DNA of 64,000 bases from Tubulanus polymorphus. Lineage: Eukaryota > Animalia > Nemertea. The position numbers and the translations under genes were made by a program. The stretch is from NCBI RefSeq assembly GCF_964204645.1, contig NC_134029.1, positions 7,280,850-7,344,849 of the forward strand, read 5' to 3'. The notes beneath the pieces are model-generated. The model worked only from the letters and a program-made list of their open reading frames with translations. It was not told where the DNA came from and searched no databases. This document shows positions 59,174-64,000 of this stretch, piece after piece (within the stretch, counting starts at the first letter, position 1; the number at the start of each line of letters is the position of its first letter).

Positions 59174-62100
59174 ATGTTGTCAGAGGTGATGTTGATTGAT
59201 GACGAGTCACAGCGACAGATACTGTTAGACGAAGAGGGTAAGAAATAATTAATGTGGATGCAAACCGCTGACAAAAAGGGTAAAGCACATTTTAGTGAGT
59301 GGACTGGACCTGGTAGTCTGTCAGTGTCAGTGTCAGTCAGTGACAGTGTCAGTGAGTCAAGCCTGTCCTTACCTGCACAATCATTGAACTTGATAATAGG
59401 AACATGGATCTCTGTAAAACAATGCTCTGAAATATGAAAAAATGTCAACTGATTGAAGGTACTTCAACCTCAGCCTACATGGTAGTCTGAATACCATTCG
59501 TTGTTACCAGTTCCCTACGGTTGTTTGTTGAACGACGGCTAGGTACTAGACCACCTACAAGGTTGAAGTACCTTCAATCAGTTGACAATTTGTCATCGTA
59601 GGGAACTATAACGGCGACTGATATTCAGACTAGGTTAGGTTATGAGGGCGACCACACTCAGATTATTTATTAACTAAGAGAGGCCTGATGCATCTTAATG
59701 TCTATCCCTCTGTCAGGCCTATATACGTGTCTTTTTCAGTCAAGATTCTCCAGAAAGCGGCGTATAGCGGAGATGATGATTGCATCCGTGCTATTCTGAG
59801 TCGAGGAAATATCAGCGTGAACGCGAATACGCTGGATTCAAATTCGGCCCTGCATTGTGCGTGTTTGGCTGGAAATGCATCAACAGCGCGGCTTTTAATA
59901 GAAGCTGGAGCCCAAGTAAGTCGGCTTTCTACAGAGGCCATAGGCCATATACTAGATATAAATATACTAGGAATGTAGCCTATAAATCTGAAATTTACTT
60001 GGCAACTAAAGTGCTGGTAGGGCCTATTAGTTTGAAAACCATTCGAAATAAATTGAGGGTAAAATGATAATATTTATTTACAGGTGAATGCAAGGAATAT
60101 AGATGGTGCTACACCTCTTTGCGAGGCTAGTTGTTGTGGTAGTAACGAATGCATTCTACTTTTATTGAAACACGGAGCGACTGTTAACCCGAACTTGGTG
60201 CTCAGTTCACCACTTCACGAAGCTGTTCTTCGAGGTAGGCCGAACTTTTGAGAGTGCCAATCAGCAGGCATTTGACATTTCCTTTTTCAAATGACTAAGA
60301 AAAGTTACTGGCTGATCATCCACTTATGGCATGCTATGGATCCAAACCTGATGGCATCGCCAAACTCTGCCACAGCACGAAACCCTGCCTGATTAGCCCG
60401 AGTGCATCTTAGCCTTGAACCAATTGGATATTACATCTCATTTTAGCCCGGGTTATTCTATTCAAAGATGCCCAAAAATTTGCCTTAGTGATTAAACAAC
60501 AAGCAATCTGATTGGAACTGCTGAATGAATTGGCCTCCACTAAGGAATCATTCAATTCATAAACCCTGGACTGTACAGATCAGTATACATGTATTCTGAA
60601 GAAAATTTATCGATGTTCGATTTCTTTGTTTAGACAAGTGGGAATGTGCAGAAATTCTTTTACATTTCGGTGCTAATACGGAATCCATGGACTGTCATTA
60701 CGGAACTGCTTTACATATAGCGGCATGGAAAGATCACATCAACTCGGCTCAAGTTCTTCTCAGAAACGGTGGGTTAGTTGTTACCAAAATATTTGTTCCC
60801 TAAAAATTCCCTTTGTACATCAAGGTTCTTAAGTGGTATATACATCGAGGGTTCTAACCACAGGGGCTTGTCATGCTAGCTGGGGGCCAAAGTCAAAGAC
60901 GCAACATTATCCTAGGAACCGCCTAAAAAAAGGTGGTACCTAGGATACTGTGTTGCATCTTTGATTTTGGACCCCAAGCTATTGTGACAAATCCCTGTGG
61001 TTCCAATGACCTAAAATATAATTTGCCCTAGCCAATCTACCGACGTAATTTTGATCTCATTTGTAATCAATACATCACTAAACTGCTACTTTTTTCAGGT
61101 GCAAATGTCTCGGCAACGAAAACGCTTGAATCCGCATTGCACTTTGCTGCGCGAACAAGGTCGGAGAGGTTTATAACCTTGTTGCTGGATTACGGAGCTG
61201 ATATATACGCGCGAGACAATCACGGCAGAAAAGCTATAGATTTAGTAACCAGTGTTCATCCAATTAGGCAACTTCTTGCATTTTATGAAAGTAAGTCAAA
61301 TATCAATGATCAAAACACCAAGATTAGACATTCTTCCTTCTATGCAGATATTTGTATCTGGGAACTGTGTTTTAAGATGCTGTTGACTCTGAACGGAAGA
61401 TCTGGTGATAGACGCCAGTGTTTCGCGCTACAGTCAAACCTCGTTATAACGCCCCTCGTATTACCGCCATTCTCACCTACCGCCGTCATATTGCCGTGGC
61501 ACCGTTCAGCCGTATCTAATTTAGTGTTAAATTCTCCCGTAATAACGCCCCTCGCTTTCCGCCCACTGCCACACAATTTACAATACATTCCTATAGTAAT
61601 GCATTGTTAATTTGTCCCATAATACCGCCATCGAGATTAAGTCTACCCTGCACGCACGCTACGTGTCAGCGAACAAAGTGTGATGGTGATGACAAGCAAT
61701 GACACACCAGTAGGAAGGGTACCTGCTAACCTGGTGTGTTCCGGACGCTTTAAGATGAAGGCCTTGCAAGAAATCTGTCATGGTAGGCAAAGCAGCATTT
61801 TTCATCTGAATCAGGGGCGTAGTCTATAGGGCCCGATTATGTCTAAAAATAATTTTTGGCTGCCCTTTTTGAATTGAGTCTACACCTTTTTATTTGGTAT
61901 TTTAATGCTTTTGGTAAATGATTTGGAGGATCACATAGATCATTTCTTTATACCGCCATTCTCGTTATAACGCCAAAATTAGCCAGGTCCCGATGGTGGC
62001 GTTATAACAAGGTTTGACTGTACATTGAACTTTTCATACCTATAAGATTGCCACACTGTGAATATCAATGTCGGGGGTGAAATTGATGGGAAAAATTCTT

Positions 62101-62566
62101 TTAGAACTTAAGCCTGTCAATTTGATAGACCACGATGCCTTTGCTTTTCGTCAGTATGGCAACTAAGCACTGTTTTTCCATTGTAAGAGCGAGACCACAG
62201 TTTTCCGCTGTTTCTCACAACAATTTGTGTTAAGAATATTTAATATTTTGAAAACTTTTACTTCAAGAAAATATGAAAAATTCAGATTTTTACAGCGAAA
62301 GAATGTGAAGAAAACGGATGAAAATTGCACCACCAATCTCACCAAGAAATGACTTATCAATCAATGTCTTATCTACCCGGATCATCCTAGTGCATAAAAA
62401 TGTTCGTTATCTTTTTTTTTCAGGAAACCCGCGAAACCTTTCACATTTCTGTCGATTATGCATACGTCAAACTATACCTCGCTATAAATCGATCAAAATT
62501 AAACAATTACCTCTTCCTAAAAAGTTACTCGACTACTTAGACTTTCGAGATAACAACATATCGTGA
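59174..62566 (+). CDS. ASB13: Ankyrin repeat and SOCS box protein, ASB13-like; exons 59174-59237, 59740-59915, 60084-60234, 60634-60768, 61099-61290, 62424-62566
   Basis: AGAQVNARNIDGATPLC, SSPLHEA, DCHYGTALH, GADIYARDNHGRK and SOCS box PRNLSHFCRLCIR...LPLPKKLLDYL; GT-AG phases consistent. Orthology within the ASB5/9/11/13 group and the start exon are less certain. Confidence 0.8.
59443..59632. repeat. Two interleaved inverted repeats (A-B-A'-B')
   Basis: A 59443-59470 and A' 59560-59587 are a perfect 28-bp pair; B 59483-59519 and B' 59597-59632 are an imperfect pair. Confidence 0.75.
60856..61002. repeat. ~147-bp intronic foldback hairpin
   Basis: aaccacaggg...tcaaagacgcaaca..tatcctagg pairs with cctaggata..tgttgcatctttga...ccctgtggtt. 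Confidence 0.75.
61431..62020. mobile_element. Tc1/mariner-superfamily (pogo/Tigger-like) MITE, 590 bp
   Basis: TA|CAGTCAAACCTCGTTATAACG ... CGTTATAACAAGGTTTGACTG|TA, with internal repeats of ATAACGCC/TACCGCC. Confidence 0.85.
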
Positions 62567-64000
62567 CACTACTTTAAAACTAGTCAGGAAACAGGTACGT
62601 TCAGTATGACTTTTGGTTGTAACTTGCTGGCCTGGCTGGTTGGAACTGGCTTTTTCAACACCTTTCAAGTACCCACCATAGTTTCATAGTTCATTAACTT
62701 TCTGCTCTTATTTTGCAGGATAATCTGATTGATACATTTGGCCAGTGATCTATTTGTCTTATCGAGAGTTGTACAGACTAAATACTGGCATTGCAGAAGA
62801 GACTGTTGTATTTTACATATATTTTACCTATGTTTTCGTTGACATCTATTTGTTTTAAGGGGAATAATAATCGCCTTTTGTTGTTATAGTATCTGATATT
62901 ATGTTCACTTACATCCTTGGAGTGTTCGTTGCAAAATGATTTTCGTTTTAGAGTCCATGTGAGTTAAGATTTTGAGAACAATAAATCTATTCGACGATGA
63001 TTATCCATTCATTACGTAAGCATCTAAGTTCCAATCCTTGACCGGGGCAGACATCTTTAAACAATGGCCCTGAGGTAATTTCACTGCGCCCATGTGTGGG
63101 TAGGAAGGACAAAAGATTCACTTCTGAACCTATATTGCCTGACTTAGAAAGAAATATTACTCTATCTCCCTTGAAATCATCCACGAGTGTAGAAAAAAAA
63201 TCGAACATTCTTGCAGAAGAAATGTGAAGTTCAAGATAAATATGTACTTTATTCTTCACAGATATTTTCCTGGAAAATTTACATCAATATTTTCGATAAA
63301 TTTAGTACACCAAGTAGTTACATGAATTAACGCGGCGTCTGCTGCTGATGATGATGATGTAAACTAGCGCCAAACAACACTGATGACTTGCTACTGTATT
63401 CAAGGTGAATGATAATAATAATATAATAGTGTTTATTACGCCTAGTTTTTAGTACAAATTACACAGAATGATATCTAAGCATTACGACAACAACAATATA
63501 AATCGGCTTTGACTATTTCAGATGAATCGAGAGAGTTCCCTCTCGTATCGTTTATGATATAATATGTGTCGTTCGAATACAACTAATAAAAATTCTAAAT
63601 GATGTGGAATAAAAATAGAACTGGGTCTCTACAGATCAATTATTCCTCGATATAAGTAGTTTTAAAGGAGAAAATTTTTAAATTCAAGGAAGGGACTACA
63701 TCACTCCTGATTACTGTCGACTCCTAAATCGGTACTGATTATCTCAGTAAACTGGTATTTAGGTAGTTTTATAAGCAGATTTTCATCCTACACACTACTT
63801 CACTCAGTTTCTAATTCGGTAACTGCCTAATTGGGTAAAACAAAAGAATCGAGGAGTTGTAGGGACCCTGTAGAGTAAGAATAGAGCTACAGAAATGCTG
63901 GTAACTTGACCAATCCTGTGCTTAGGACACCGCTAGCATTCAGCCGATGCCCGGATCGAATACAAATTTTTTGTTTTCTAAAATGAACAATTTTGCAGTT

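Overview
AT-rich eukaryotic (invertebrate-like, intron-rich) genomic DNA. It begins with the first coding exon of DCAF12 (-) head-to-head with a 20-coding-exon SUPT20H/Spt20 gene (+, 1.7-13.2 kb). Next comes a ~34.8-kb head-to-tail array of nine ~2.87-kb units (14161-48918). Each unit carries a 6-exon, all-phase-1 minus-strand gene, not visible in the ORF track, for a ~355-aa protein with a CBM20-like carbohydrate-binding module and an Arg-rich C-terminal tail, under a promoter with RFX X-box-like motifs. The promoter of unit 6 has taken two retroelement insertions ~30 bp apart. One is a 5'-truncated RTE-X-like LINE. The other is a 7.9-kb, almost perfect palindrome of two divergent Penelope-like (RT + GIY-YIG) tandem elements with two intact 796-aa ORFs, four minimal hammerhead ribozymes and a target-site duplication. 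The right part holds a single-coding-exon DUF229 gene (-) and an ASB13-like ankyrin/SOCS-box gene (+). Introns contain many short foldback/MITE-like elements, two with hammerhead-like cores. All calls come from manual reading; no database search was run.
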